A program made the translations under genes and the position numbers. Positions 1 to 9,987 of a stretch of DNA of 64,000 nt are shown here, piece after piece (position 1 is the stretch's first letter; every line of letters begins with the position of its first letter). Under the pieces are notes generated by a model. The model was not told where the DNA came from, ran no database searches, and was given only the letters and a program-made list of their open reading frames with translations. The stretch is from assembly GCA_963779415.1 (NCBI GenBank), contig CAVZYA010000001.1, positions 1,920,001 to 1,984,000 on the forward strand, given 5' to 3'. This DNA is from an uncultured Acidobacteriota bacterium (lineage in GTDB: Bacteria > Acidobacteriota > Thermoanaerobaculia > UBA5066).

Positions 1-1682
1 CCGGCGAAGCGCTTCGCGAGATCCGACGGAAGATACGGGACGAACGCCTCGGTGAGGCGGCGCATCGGCTCGGAGACGGCGTCGAGCTGGATCCTCTCCA
101 TCGCCGCCCGGTCCAGCTTCTCGCCGCGGCGCTTCGCCGCCTCGAGGAGGTCCCGGATCCGCCGCGCCCGGACGGCCGACGCGAAGTGCGTCGAGACGGG
201 GACGGGGAAGCTCGTCCCGATCACCCGGTTGTTCGCCGTGACGAGATAGCCGGAGGACGGGTTCACGACGCGCGGGAGCCGCGCGGGGGAGAGGAAGCCG
301 CGCCAGTCGTTCTCCGGGTCCGAGCCGTCATACGGCAGCCCCCCGTCCGTGCCGGGCCGCCGCAGGGGGACGAGGCCGGTCGCCCGCCAGCCGATGTCGC
401 CCGCGGCCGAGGCCCAGACGACGTTCTGGGCGGGGCCGAGAAAGCCGTCGAGAGCCCGGTCGAACTCGGCCGTCGTGCCGGCCATCATCGTCTCGACGAT
501 CGGGAGCCGGAGGTTCCCCGGGTCGAGAGCCGTCCAGGTGAGCGCGAGGTCCCTGGTCACGAGCGGCCCGTGCGACGTCGACCTCACCTCCAGACGCTCG
601 GGGGAGCTTCCGCGGACGGCAAGCGTCTCCACGCGGACCTCGACCGGCTCGGCACCGCCCCGCCTCGCCGCCTTACCGTCGACGATCGTCTCGCGGTAGA
701 GGTCCTGGACGTCCGAGTAGAGATTCGTGAAGCCCCACGCGAGGGCGTCGTTCCGGCCGAGTACGACGCCCGGGAAGCCGGGAAGGGTCACCCCTTCCAC
801 GAGGCGTCCCGCGATCTCCAGGCGCATCGGGAGCCAGATCGACGGGACGGAGAGCGCGAGGTGCGGGTCGTTCGCGAGGAGCGGCTTCCCGCTCTTCGTC
901 AGCGCGCCCGAGACGACCCACGCGTTGGAGCCGGCTCCCTCCTCGTCGAAGCCCGCGCCGAGCGCGGCGACCTTTCGCAGGGCGGCCGGCGCCACCTCGG
1001 GAAGGGGAGGAGGGAGCTGCGGCGACGCATCGGGCACGAGCGGCACGTCGTCGTCCGAGAGAGTCGAGAAGACGAACCGCGCGAGGGACGGGGGGAGGAG
1101 GCGCCCGGCGTCGCGGCCCGCCTCGTCCCTCCAGACCGTCGAGAGGTCCTCGTACATCAGGAGAAGGACGAGAAGCGAGTCGGCCGGCGTGAACTCCCGA
1201 GGCCGCTCGCGAAGGAGGGCGAATTCGAGGCCGAGGCGTCCCGGGTGAGAATCGAGGAAGGCGTTGATCCCGTCGGCGAGCGCTTCTAGGTGGGCGCGCT
1301 CCGGATCCGGCAGGAGAGCCACGGCCCGCGGGGCGACCCGCGCATAGCCGTAGGTCCGCCGCCGGCGGTCCAGGTCGAGCGCGGCCTTGCCGAACAGCTC
1401 CGCGAGCTGCCCCTCCGCCGCGCGCCGCTGAAGCTCGAGCTGGAAGAGCCGGTCGCGTGCGGTCAGATACCCCTGGACGCGGATGGCATCGTCGACAGAG
1501 CGCGCGGCGACGGTGGCGACGCCCCGGTCGTCGAAGGTGACACGGACCTTCTCCTTGAGGCCGCGTATCGACGGGACGGAGTCGTCGGGGAGGTTCCGCC
1601 GGACCAGCCAGAAGGCCCCGCCCGCCGCGAAGAGGAGGGCCGCGAGAAGGACGCTTCCGACGACGAGGAGCGCGCGCCGCAT
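1..1682 (-). CDS. Penicillin acylase family protein (Ntn-hydrolase, peptidase S45), 3' end beyond window edge
   Basis: Read manually (absent from ORF track because there is no stop in the window). ATG at 1682 gives MRRALLVVGSVLLAALLFAAGG (TM anchor)...QGYLTARDRLFQLELQRRAAEGQLAELFG...; beta-subunit start GSNAWVVSGALTKSGKPLLANDPHL near 930-860. Confidence 0.92.
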   Translation of the reverse strand, partial: MRRALLVVGSVLLAALLFAAGGAFWLVRRNLPDDSVPSIRGLKEKVRVTFDDRGVATVAARSVDDAIRVQGYLTARDRLFQLELQRRAAEGQLAELFGKAALDLDRRRRTYGYARVAPRAVALLPDPERAHLEALADGINAFLDSHPGRLGLEFALLRERPREFTPADSLLVLLLMYEDLSTVWRDEAGRDAGRLLPPSLARFVFSTLSDDDVPLVPDASPQLPPPLPEVAPAALRKVAALGAGFDEEGAGSNAWVVSGALTKSGKPLLANDPHLALSVPSIWLPMRLEIAGRLVEGVTLPGFPGVVLGRNDALAWGFTNLYSDVQDLYRETIVDGKAARRGGAEPVEVRVETLAVRGSSPERLEVRSTSHGPLVTRDLALTWTALDPGNLRLPIVETMMAGTTAEFDRALDGFLGPAQNVVWASAAGDIGWRATGLVPLRRPGTDGGLPYDGSDPENDWRGFLSPARLPRVVNPSSGYLVTANNRVIGTSFPVPVSTHFASAVRARRIRDLLEAAKRRGEKLDRAAMERIQLDAVSEPMRRLTEAFVPYLPSDLAKRFA

Positions 1683-1738
1683 CGGGGCGGCCACTATCGC
1701 ATACGGTCGGTCGGTTCGCGCGCGCCCGTCCCTCGGGG

Positions 1739-2257
1739 TCAGCGGCCGGCCGGCGCCGGCGCCTTCGTCCCCTTCACCGGGAGCCGGTCGATCCAGAGCT
1801 CTTCGAGCAGAGGCGTCTTCCCCTCGGAAAGCTGGACACGGTACCGGATCCTCACGCCGCACGACGGGACGTCCCAGACATGCATCGCGGGATCCCCTCC
1901 CCCGGGGGACTCCGCCCCGTAGCGATCCCGGAGGCCCGGAAGGAGGCCGGGCGCCGGATCGAAGACGTAGTGAAGCGCAGAGACGCGGGAGTCCGGCGTC
2001 CCGCCGTCGAACGTCACCTTCACCTCGTACCGCCGGTCATGGGGGGTGTAGAGAAGGCTGAAGTCCGGACCGAGGGCCGACGCCGAGGCGCTGGAGCGCG
2101 TCATCGAGTCGAAGACGACGGCCCGTTTCTGGCCGATCTCGAAGCCCGAAAGGCCGGGGCAGAGGACCGGGCGCGGCGTCCGCGCCGGCACGGACCCCTG
2201 GGCGAGGAGCCCCGAAGCCGGTATGACGAGAAGAGCGGCGAAAAAGGTCGTTCGCAT
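1739..2257 (-). CDS. Hypothetical exported protein
   Basis: 172 aa ORF with signal-peptide-like N-terminus (MRTTFFAALLVIPASGLLA); fills the gap between co-oriented genes. Confidence 0.7.
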   Translation of the reverse strand: MRTTFFAALLVIPASGLLAQGSVPARTPRPVLCPGLSGFEIGQKRAVVFDSMTRSSASASALGPDFSLLYTPHDRRYEVKVTFDGGTPDSRVSALHYVFDPAPGLLPGLRDRYGAESPGGGDPAMHVWDVPSCGVRIRYRVQLSEGKTPLLEELWIDRLPVKGTKAPAPAGR

Positions 2258-2309
2258 GAATACGGTCGGATCCCGCGTCAGCGTGGCGCGGCAGACCCCG
2301 GGAGCGCGC

Positions 2310-2651
2310 TCATCGCGAAGCGCGTGCCAGCTCGCCCCGAAGCGTCTCCTCGTGGAATCCGACGAGAAGCCGACGTCCGATCTTCACCATCGGAGCCCGG
2401 AAGTTCCCGGTCGGGCCGCGGAGGTCGTCGAGCCGGGCCTCCTTCGCGCCGATCGTCCGGACCGACTTCCCTTTCGCCACGACCACTTCCGAGACGGAAG
2501 CGAGCAGCGCCCGCGCTTCCGCCTCCGAGAGGGGCTCCTTTTTCGAGAGACGCTCCGCGGCAACGTGAGCCTTCGTCCTTTCGAGCACCGCACGGGTGCG
2601 CTGGCAGCTCGTTCAGCCGATCCGGTAGTAGGTGAGATCGACGTTCGCCAT
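2310..2651 (-). CDS. ArsC/Spx-family thioredoxin-fold protein, candidate selenoprotein (U13-T-S-C16)
   Basis: SD GGAGG then ATG 2651: MANVDLTYYRIG-[TGA 2613-2615]-TSCQRTRAVLER...GPTGNFRAPMVKIGRRLLVGFHEE. The ArsC-family C-terminal motif is in the same frame, and the TGA sits at the first Cys of the family's CxxC. Confidence 0.8.
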
Positions 2652-2686
2652 CGGAGCCTCCCCACCGAGTGTAGCGGCTCGGGCGA

Positions 2687-4120
2687 CTAGGGCGCGAGGG
2701 CGTACTCGGAGACGAAGAGGCGGGTCCGCTCCACCCCTTCGAGAAAGCTCGGAAGGCTGATCCGCTCGTTCAGGTTGTGGATCTTCGCGGCATCGTAGAG
2801 ATTGACGTTGAACGGCGAGAACCCGAACGCACGGATTCCGCGGGCGCGGAGGATCGGCGAGGAGGTGTACTGGCCGTTCAGGACGTAGACGCCGACGACC
2901 GCCGGCTCGAAGGGGTCGAGACGAAGCACGTCGCCGAGCGTCTCCCACGCCCGTCCCCTCGCCTCGGCCGCCGCGGCGTCGGGGGTCCGGAAGAGGACGT
3001 GCATGGCGAGCCCGCGCTCGCGCCCCCACGCGGCGAGCTCCGCCTCGCTCGCGGCGACGGAGGAGCCAGGGAGAAGGAGCCGGGCCACCGCGAGAGAAAA
3101 GCCCCCGCCGGGCGCCGGACCGACCCGACCTACGACGATCGCATCGCGAAACAGCGACCGGTAGACCTCGGGCATCTCGGCCTGAAGCTCCGGCGAGAGG
3201 AGCGAGTCACCGGTCCCGAGCATCGCGCGTCCCCAGACATAGGAGCGGGTCGGCGCGACGAAGCGGAGAAACTCGCGGACCGCCGGGTCGAGCCGGAGCG
3301 GCGCGGAGCGGTCCTTCGCGACGAGAAACGCGCGGAATTCGTCCAGCGCCTCGCGCGACGGAGCGGAGAACGTCGCGGAGAGAATCGCCTTCTGGAGGAC
3401 CTCGATGCCGTACCGGAGGATGTCGGCGCCGAGGACTTCATTGACCCCCCCTTCGTTGATCGCGTCCGTCACGCCGTCGAGAAGGTCCGGCCGGCGATCG
3501 AGGATCCAGCCGATGCCGTAAGCCTCCTCGAACGTCTCCTCGGCCGACTCGGCGACGAAGACGACGTCGCGCAGGGGCACGACTCCGTGCCGCTTCAGAT
3601 CGGCCATCGCGAGCATCGACGCGACGACCTGCCCCTTCATGTCGAGCGTTCCGCGCCCGATCAGGTAATGGGAGGCCTGCCCCGTGCCGCGCTCCCCGGC
3701 GAAGGGGGGCCGGTCCCATTTCGAGAGATCCCCGGGCGGGACGACGTCGATGTGGCCGAGAAGAAGAAGGGCTCCGTCTTTCGTCGCCCCCCGGAGCCTC
3801 GCCACGAGGATGGGCCTCTCCGGCGAGTCGCCGACGATCTCGAACGGGATCTCCTCGCACTCGAAGAACCGCGCGAGGAAGAGGATCGCCTCGCGCGTCC
3901 TTCCGGGAGGATTCGACGAGTCGATCCGGACGAGGTCGATGAGCAGCCGCGCCGCTTCCTTCCCGATGGCCGCGTCGGCCTCGGCCCGGACGTTCCGGAC
4001 CCGGATCTTCGGCGCGAGAAGAACGGGAAGGCGCGCTACGAGGAGGAGCGCGAGCGCCAGAGCGGCCCCCCCGCCATAGAGGGCGAGGCGCCGCTTCGTG
4101 TTCCGCGAAAGCGGGCTCAT
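2687..4120 (-). CDS. Membrane-anchored M20/M25/M40 family metallo-hydrolase
   Basis: Start MSPLSRNTKRR at 4120 (ATGA overlap with upstream stop); N-terminal TM; motifs GHIDVVP, GRGTLDMKG, ESAEE, NEGG, IHNLNER. Confidence 0.88.
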   Translation of the reverse strand: MSPLSRNTKRRLALYGGGAALALALLLVARLPVLLAPKIRVRNVRAEADAAIGKEAARLLIDLVRIDSSNPPGRTREAILFLARFFECEEIPFEIVGDSPERPILVARLRGATKDGALLLLGHIDVVPPGDLSKWDRPPFAGERGTGQASHYLIGRGTLDMKGQVVASMLAMADLKRHGVVPLRDVVFVAESAEETFEEAYGIGWILDRRPDLLDGVTDAINEGGVNEVLGADILRYGIEVLQKAILSATFSAPSREALDEFRAFLVAKDRSAPLRLDPAVREFLRFVAPTRSYVWGRAMLGTGDSLLSPELQAEMPEVYRSLFRDAIVVGRVGPAPGGGFSLAVARLLLPGSSVAASEAELAAWGRERGLAMHVLFRTPDAAAAEARGRAWETLGDVLRLDPFEPAVVGVYVLNGQYTSSPILRARGIRAFGFSPFNVNLYDAAKIHNLNERISLPSFLEGVERTRLFVSEYALAP

Positions 4121-6237
4121 GGCGTCGCGGCGCGGCCGTTCCCGCGACGCCGGAGCGAGGTCAAGGCGACGGCCAGAACGACCGACAAACCCGCCACCGT
4201 TCCCACGAAACCGATCTTCACCCATCGGGTATCGGGCCGCAAACGGATGACGTGCCGGCCGGGGGGGACGCGGAGGCCCGCAAAGCCGAAGTCGACGGGG
4301 AGGACCGGCACCGGCCTTCCGTCGATCCGGGCCTCCTCGCACGCCGCGCGAAGGCGGAAGAGCATCAGGAAGGAGTCCCCCGGGCCGAGCGCGTCCACAT
4401 CGAGAGTGAGCGCGTCGCCTCGGTCGACGACGGAAAGAACGCGCCCCTCCGCGACGTCGCGCTCGCCCGCCGGCTCCTCGCGCACGTAGGCCGCCTCCGG
4501 GTCGATCCCTTCCTTCAGAAAGCGGCCGAAGAGGCGGCGGCCGTCCGCGTCCGAGACGACCCGCGACGCGAATCGCCACGGAGCGTGCCTCTCCCCGAGC
4601 GGCTCGAGGCGGGTCACGAATCCCGCTCCGGCCGAAGCCTCGCTCCGGACGACGGCCGAGGCGCCGGCGTTCGAGAGAAGACGCGTCGGCGCCGGCCCCG
4701 GCTCGGGGAGCGCGGTCGCGAGAAGCCGGAGCCATTCGTCCGCTTCCCCGGGGAGCGTCAGGTCGTAGTCGGGGGAAAAGAGCGAGCCCATCCCGAAGAG
4801 CGCAGGGTACTCCGGCGTGAGCGCTTCCGCTCCTTCGCGAGTCAGCGCGGCGACATCCCGACCCCGGAATTTCGGGACGGGAACGAGGCTGTCGCGCGAC
4901 ACGAGGCGCGGCGGCGAGGCGTCGCGCGGAACCGCTGAAATCGCCGAGAGGAGCGGGGGGCGTCGTGTGAGGATCTCCCCCGGCTCCGCCCCGATCAGAC
5001 GCCGCGCGACCCCGTCCCGGTCCACGAGGACGAGGGCGAGGACCAGGGCGGACGCCCCGGCTCTCCAGGAGACCGGGATCCTCCCTTCGAGCGCGCGAAT
5101 CCCCAGCGCCGCGAGCCAGGCGAAGGCGAAGCCGGAGAGAAGGACGTGTCGCTCGGGATAACGGAGCGTCCCCACGGCGGGGAGGAAGCGAGCCGCGGCC
5201 TCCCAGACCGGCGTGGCGGGGCCGAGGGCGAGAAGAATACTGATGGCGACGAGGGCCACGGCCCGGATGCGCCCCGCACCGCCGAGAGCGAGGCCGGCGA
5301 GAGCCAGTCCGAGCGCGACGCGCCCGGGCGTGATCGACGGCACGTAGGGGTGGTACGTCCCGAGGCCCGGCGCGAACGGAACCCGGGTCCAGTCGGCGAG
5401 GAGACCATCGGAGAGAAGCTCGACGAGGCGCGCCGGGGGAAGGGCCCCTTTCCCGGCGGCCGAGAGGCCGAACCCCCCTTCGGCCGTCCGCGAGCTGGCG
5501 GAGATCGTCGCGAGGCCGCCGAGAAGTGCCGGGGCCGCGAGGGCGGCGGCGAGCAGAGCACTCCCTCCGAGCGCGATGGCGGTGCGAGAGAAGGGTGCCG
5601 CGGATTCCCTCGAGCCATCGACAGGAGGCCCCACGACGAGAGCGGCCACGACGAGGCCGGCGTAGAGGACGTATTCCGGGGCGCCGGAAACGAGGATCAG
5701 TCCGGCGACGACTCCGAGCCGTGCCGCCGCGGCCGGCGAAGGAGAGCGTCGTGCCTCCAGCGCGAGAACGGCGACCCACGGAAGGAACGAGTGGGCCGCC
5801 GAGGCGCCGAGAAAGGGAGCGACGGAGACCGTCGGCCCCGAGAAGGAATAGAGCAGTGCTCCTGCCGCCGCACCCCACGCCGAAAGCCCGATGCGACGCC
5901 CGAAAAGGTAGAAGCCTGAAAGGCCCGTCAGAAGCCTGAGGAGGATCCACGCGCTCGCCGCGGCGCCGAGCGGAAGAGCGGCGAAGAGGAGATTGCCCGG
6001 GTCGAACGGCGCCGCACCGGGCGCGCCGAGGAGCGGGAGGCCGCCCCAGCGGTACCGGTCGATCCACGGGACGAGGCCGGCGCGAAGGCTCTCGGCGAGC
6101 GCCGCCTTCGCCGGATAGAAGTAGAAGAGAAGGTCACGGGCCGCCGGGACCCTCCCCGTCAAGAGATCCCGGTAAGGGACCAGCAGGAGGAGCGCCGCGG
6201 CCACGAGCGGGAGCGCTCCCCGAAGGCGCGCGTTCAT
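4117..6237 (-). CDS. YfhO-like polytopic membrane protein (GT-C fold)
   Basis: Start MNARLRG at 6237; RDLLFYFYP...LVPWIDRYRWGGLPLLG motif, many TM helices, RYPER, C-terminal VDFGFAGLRVPPGRHVIRL plus terminal TM typical of YfhO. Confidence 0.8.
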   Translation of the reverse strand: MNARLRGALPLVAAALLLLVPYRDLLTGRVPAARDLLFYFYPAKAALAESLRAGLVPWIDRYRWGGLPLLGAPGAAPFDPGNLLFAALPLGAAASAWILLRLLTGLSGFYLFGRRIGLSAWGAAAGALLYSFSGPTVSVAPFLGASAAHSFLPWVAVLALEARRSPSPAAAARLGVVAGLILVSGAPEYVLYAGLVVAALVVGPPVDGSRESAAPFSRTAIALGGSALLAAALAAPALLGGLATISASSRTAEGGFGLSAAGKGALPPARLVELLSDGLLADWTRVPFAPGLGTYHPYVPSITPGRVALGLALAGLALGGAGRIRAVALVAISILLALGPATPVWEAAARFLPAVGTLRYPERHVLLSGFAFAWLAALGIRALEGRIPVSWRAGASALVLALVLVDRDGVARRLIGAEPGEILTRRPPLLSAISAVPRDASPPRLVSRDSLVPVPKFRGRDVAALTREGAEALTPEYPALFGMGSLFSPDYDLTLPGEADEWLRLLATALPEPGPAPTRLLSNAGASAVVRSEASAGAGFVTRLEPLGERHAPWRFASRVVSDADGRRLFGRFLKEGIDPEAAYVREEPAGERDVAEGRVLSVVDRGDALTLDVDALGPGDSFLMLFRLRAACEEARIDGRPVPVLPVDFGFAGLRVPPGRHVIRLRPDTRWVKIGFVGTVAGLSVVLAVALTSLRRRGNGRAATP

Positions 6238-8568
6238 CGGGCCCTCCGGCGGAAGACGAGCGCGGCCACGGCGAGAGAGAGAGCCGAGACGAGCGCCCCC
6301 CGGAGAAACGGCCCCGTGTCGTACAAGAGATCGACGCGATGCTCCCCCGGCGGGATGAACGCCGCCGTCAGGAACCCGTCGGACCGGAAGAGCGGAAGAG
6401 GCTCTCCGTCCAGCGTCCCCCTCCACTCCGCGCCGAAGGTCCGCGTCGTCACGAGGGCGCCGACCGGAGGCGCCACTTTCACCCGAAGCGCCACATGGCG
6501 GTTCGAGCGCGACACGACCTCGGCCGTGCCGGCTCCTCCCGCGCGGAGTCCCTCTGGGGCACCGGGGACCTCGATCACGGAGGAGCGGAGTGGGTCCCGC
6601 ACCGGCGCCGCGAGGAGGCGCCGCGCGGCCGGGGCGTCCGGAGCCACGACGGGCTCGGGGACGAAGAGGAACTCGGGACGCGTCGGAGCGAGCCGGACGA
6701 TCCGGTCTCCTCCCGAGCGTCCGACCTCCTCGGCGCCGGGCGGATCGGGAGGAAGCGAGGCCGTACGGACGACGGAGACGCCCGCCTCGCGAAGACGCCG
6801 CGCTTTTTCCTCACCCCAGGGAAGACGCTCCGCCTCGAAAACCGCGCCGACGGACGCGGACGGAGTCATCCGGTCGACGTCATTCTCGAGGGCGTAGGGA
6901 ATCCCATGGAAGATGCCGGCCGCCGCGCGGAGCGGATCGAATCCGCCCGCCTCGAGCGTCCGGCGGACTCCGGTCGCGCGGTCGTCGGCGCCGTCGTCGA
7001 AGAAGCGGCCTCCCCGAAGGTTTTCCGTCACGAGATTCCGTGGCCGGGCTCTTCCGCGTGAAGAGATCCCGCGCTCCGGCCGGAAGCGTCCCGGAAACGC
7101 GCCGCGCGGCGTCGGCGAGAAAAAGAAGGGAGAGAACGAAAAGAAGAGCGAAGCGGGAGGCGCGGCCGCGGCGAACAAGCTCCGAGAAGAATGCGACGAC
7201 GAGCATGGCCGCGGCCCCTCCGAGGGCCAGCGGCCGGAGGACAGACGCGACGAGGCCGGCAGGAGCCGGACCTGTCCCCAGCGACGCCTTCCAGAGAACG
7301 GCGCGAAGCGCCGGCGGCGAAAGGAACGCGAGAAGTGCGACCCCTCCAAGGGGGGCGACGAGGGCGAGCGACGCGTTCCGGAACATTCGAAGAGGCCGGT
7401 CCCGCTCGTCCCGGTGCGTCGCGAGCAGCCGCCCGACGCCGACGGCCGCCGCCGCCGAAAGGGCGAGCGTCGCGACGACCCACCATTTCTCCGGGTATCG
7501 AAAGACCGGGAGGCTCCGGCCGAGGACCGAAGTGCCGGGGAGGAAGCGTCCGAACGAGAGGAGAGCCGCTCCTCCCGCAAGGGCGAGAGCGGCACGGCCA
7601 CGCCCGTCGCCGAGCGCGGCGGCGGCGAGCGCCAGCGGAACGAGGCCGAGCGCCAGATCGGAAAAGTACGGCTGGCCGCCGTCGAAGGTGCCCGAGCCCC
7701 AGTAGCCCGCCTCGTCCTCGGCTCCCGGGTCGCCGGTCAGGCGCGGCTCGAGGAGAGTCAGAAGCCGCGAGGGACGGACCGACCAGTACCGGGCTCCGTG
7801 CTCGGCCAGGAGTCCGGTCCCTCGTGCCGAGCGCCGGAGCAGCCCCCACGCCGGGACGAGCTGGACCGCCGCGAGACCGAGCGAGAGGAGGACCGCGGCG
7901 AGGATCACGCCGCCTCTCCGGATCGTCTCGCGCGGCGAAGCGCGAGGCGAGACGGCGAGCCGCCCGAGGGCGAGCGCGAGGCAGGCGGTGCCTCCCGCCG
8001 CCGTGACCGTCGGCTCGCCGCCGAGAAGCGAGAGCGCGAGAGCCCCTCCACCGAGAACGGCGAGACGCCCGGACGAGGGCGATCCGGCGCCGAGGGCCCA
8101 GAACGCCACCGCCGCCGGAGCGAGCGGAGCGGCGGAGGGGAGTCCGGCGAAAAGCGGAATCGTCTGGAGAATTCCGGAGAAGAGGAGCACCGCCGTTCCC
8201 ACCGCCGCCGGAATGGCGCCGAGCCGGATCGCTCGGAGGCTCGCGTAGAAGAGCCCGAGGAGAAGCGCGACGTTCGCGAGCGCGAGGAAGGTCGGCGAGA
8301 TCAGGGCGAGAAGCGGCGAAAGGGGCCAGAAGACAGCGGCATTCGGGTCGGCCGCGAAGGCGCGGCCGTTCGAGAGGGCTTCGTTCCAGTACGGAAACCC
8401 CGCAGGCCAGAGCTTCGGAAGGAGCGCCCGCCACGGCGCGAAGAAGAACCCGGCGTCCCGGGAGTAGAGCGTGCCGCCGGCGAAAAACGGTCCGAAGCGG
8501 ACGAAGAAGAGGACGGCGACGGCCGCCGGTGCGATCAGGGTCGCGGGATCGCGGGAAGGACGCTCCAC
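6234..8568 (-). CDS. YfhO-like GT-C membrane protein, split by one apparent +1 indel near 7036
   Basis: GTG 8568 N-part (RDAGFFFAPW...PYWNEALSNGRAFAADP, FRYPEKW) is in ORF 6880..9225; C-part (ENLRGGRFFDD...SDGFLTAAFIPPGEHRVDLLY + TM) is in ORF 6234..7601. Removing one A in GCCACGGAATCTCGTG joins them. Confidence 0.75.
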
Positions 8569-8582
8569 GTCCGCGTCGCCCC

Positions 8583-9987
8583 TCAGGCCCGATGGGCCAG
8601 GACGAGGAGCGACATGCCGAAAGAGGGCGGATTCTTCTCCTCGGCGCGGAGGAGCGGCAGGAGCCCCTTGAAGGCGCCGAGCTGTCTCTTCGGAAGGACC
8701 TTCCGCTTGAGAAGGCGCGAGTTCAGCCACCAGCCGATGACGCCGGGACGGTTCAGGAAGCGGATCTCGTCGATCGCGAAGCCGGCGGCCTTCACGAGCG
8801 ACGCGAGGGGCTCGCGTTCGTATCGCCGGAAATGGCGGAGGTGGACGTCGAGGGAGCCGTAGAGGGACTGGAGGGCCGGGACGAGCAGGACGAGCCGTCC
8901 CCCGGGGGACAGGACCGAGGCGAAATCGCGCAGTGTCCCCGCGTCCTCTTCGATGTGCTCGAGGACGTTCAGGCAGACGATCGTGTCGACGGCTTCGATG
9001 CGGAGGGCCTCGCTGTCCGCGCCCGAGAGCGGAAACCTGTAGCTCGCGACCCGCACGTTCGAACGGTCTCCGAACCGCGCCCGGAGCTCCCGGACGTAGT
9101 GCGCCTCGACGTCCGAGGCGACGACGCGCTCCCGGTCGACGAAGTACCGGGTCTGGTTCCCGACGCCCGAGCCGACCTCGAGGATCCGCTGCCCGAGGTG
9201 CCGCTCGAACCTTTCGTGGAGCCATCGGTTGTACGGGGCGAGCGCGGACATCCGGCGGAGCGTCTGCGTCCCGACGTCACCGCGCGGCGCTTCCCAGCGG
9301 AAATACTTCAGAATGACCCAGACGGCCTGCAGGGCGTCCGAAAGGCCGATCTTCTTCCCCTCTTCGTACGTCCGGCCGCTGTAGGAGATCGGGATCTCGA
9401 AGATCCGCGCCCGCATCCGGGCGACCTTGCAGGTGATCTCCGGCTCGATGCCGAACCGCTTCGACTCGAGATCGAGCCGGTCCACCACCTCGCGCGTCAT
9501 CATCTTGTAGCAGGTCTCCATGTCGGTCAGGTTCAGGTTCGAAAAGACGTTCGACATGAGCGTGAGAAACCGGTTTCCCACCGTGTGCCAGAAGTAGAGG
9601 ACGCGGTGCCCGTGCGGGTTGCCGAGGAAGCGCGAGCCGTAGACGACGTCGGCCTTCCCCGCGAGGATCGGCCCGAGGAGGAGCGGATATTCGTTCGGGT
9701 CGTATTCGAGGTCGGCGTCCTGAATGACGACGACGTCCCCCGTGGAAGCACGAAGACCCGTCCAGACCGCCGCACCCTTTCCGAGGTTCCGGGGCTGGAA
9801 AAGGACGCGGATCCCGTTCGTCCCGTCCAATCTCGCGCAGGAGGTCGCGCGTCCCGTCCGTGGAGCCGTCGTCCACGATGACGATCTCCCTCTCGAGGCC
9901 TCCGAGGTCGACGGCGAGGACGCGGCCCACGATCTCGCGGATCGTCCGCTTCTCGTTGTAGGCGGGCATCACGATGGAGAGCTTCAT
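8583..9987 (-). CDS. GT2 (DPM1-like) glycosyltransferase fused to class I SAM methyltransferase; apparent +1 indel near 9830
   Basis: MKLSIVMPAYNE...IVDDGSTDGT from ATG 9987 in one frame; NLGKGAAV, QDADLEYDP, TDMETCYK, then ILEVGSGVG and NVLEHI methyltransferase motifs in ORF 8583..9830. Confidence 0.85.

Noticed and set aside
186-1922. Plus-strand ORFs 186..1289, 1290..1922 and similar long Arg/Pro/Gly-rich ORFs throughout the window
   Set aside because: Antisense or alternate-frame shadows of real genes, expected in high-GC DNA; no recognisable motifs.
2687-6067. 1126-aa ORF as one protein
   Set aside because: Only 2687..4120 (M20) is protein-like; the upstream part is an off-frame overlap of the YfhO-like gene.
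9820-9840. Programmed frameshift or phase variation in the GT2-MTase gene
   Set aside because: No slippery heptamer or repeat tract; a single duplicated base fits a sequencing indel.
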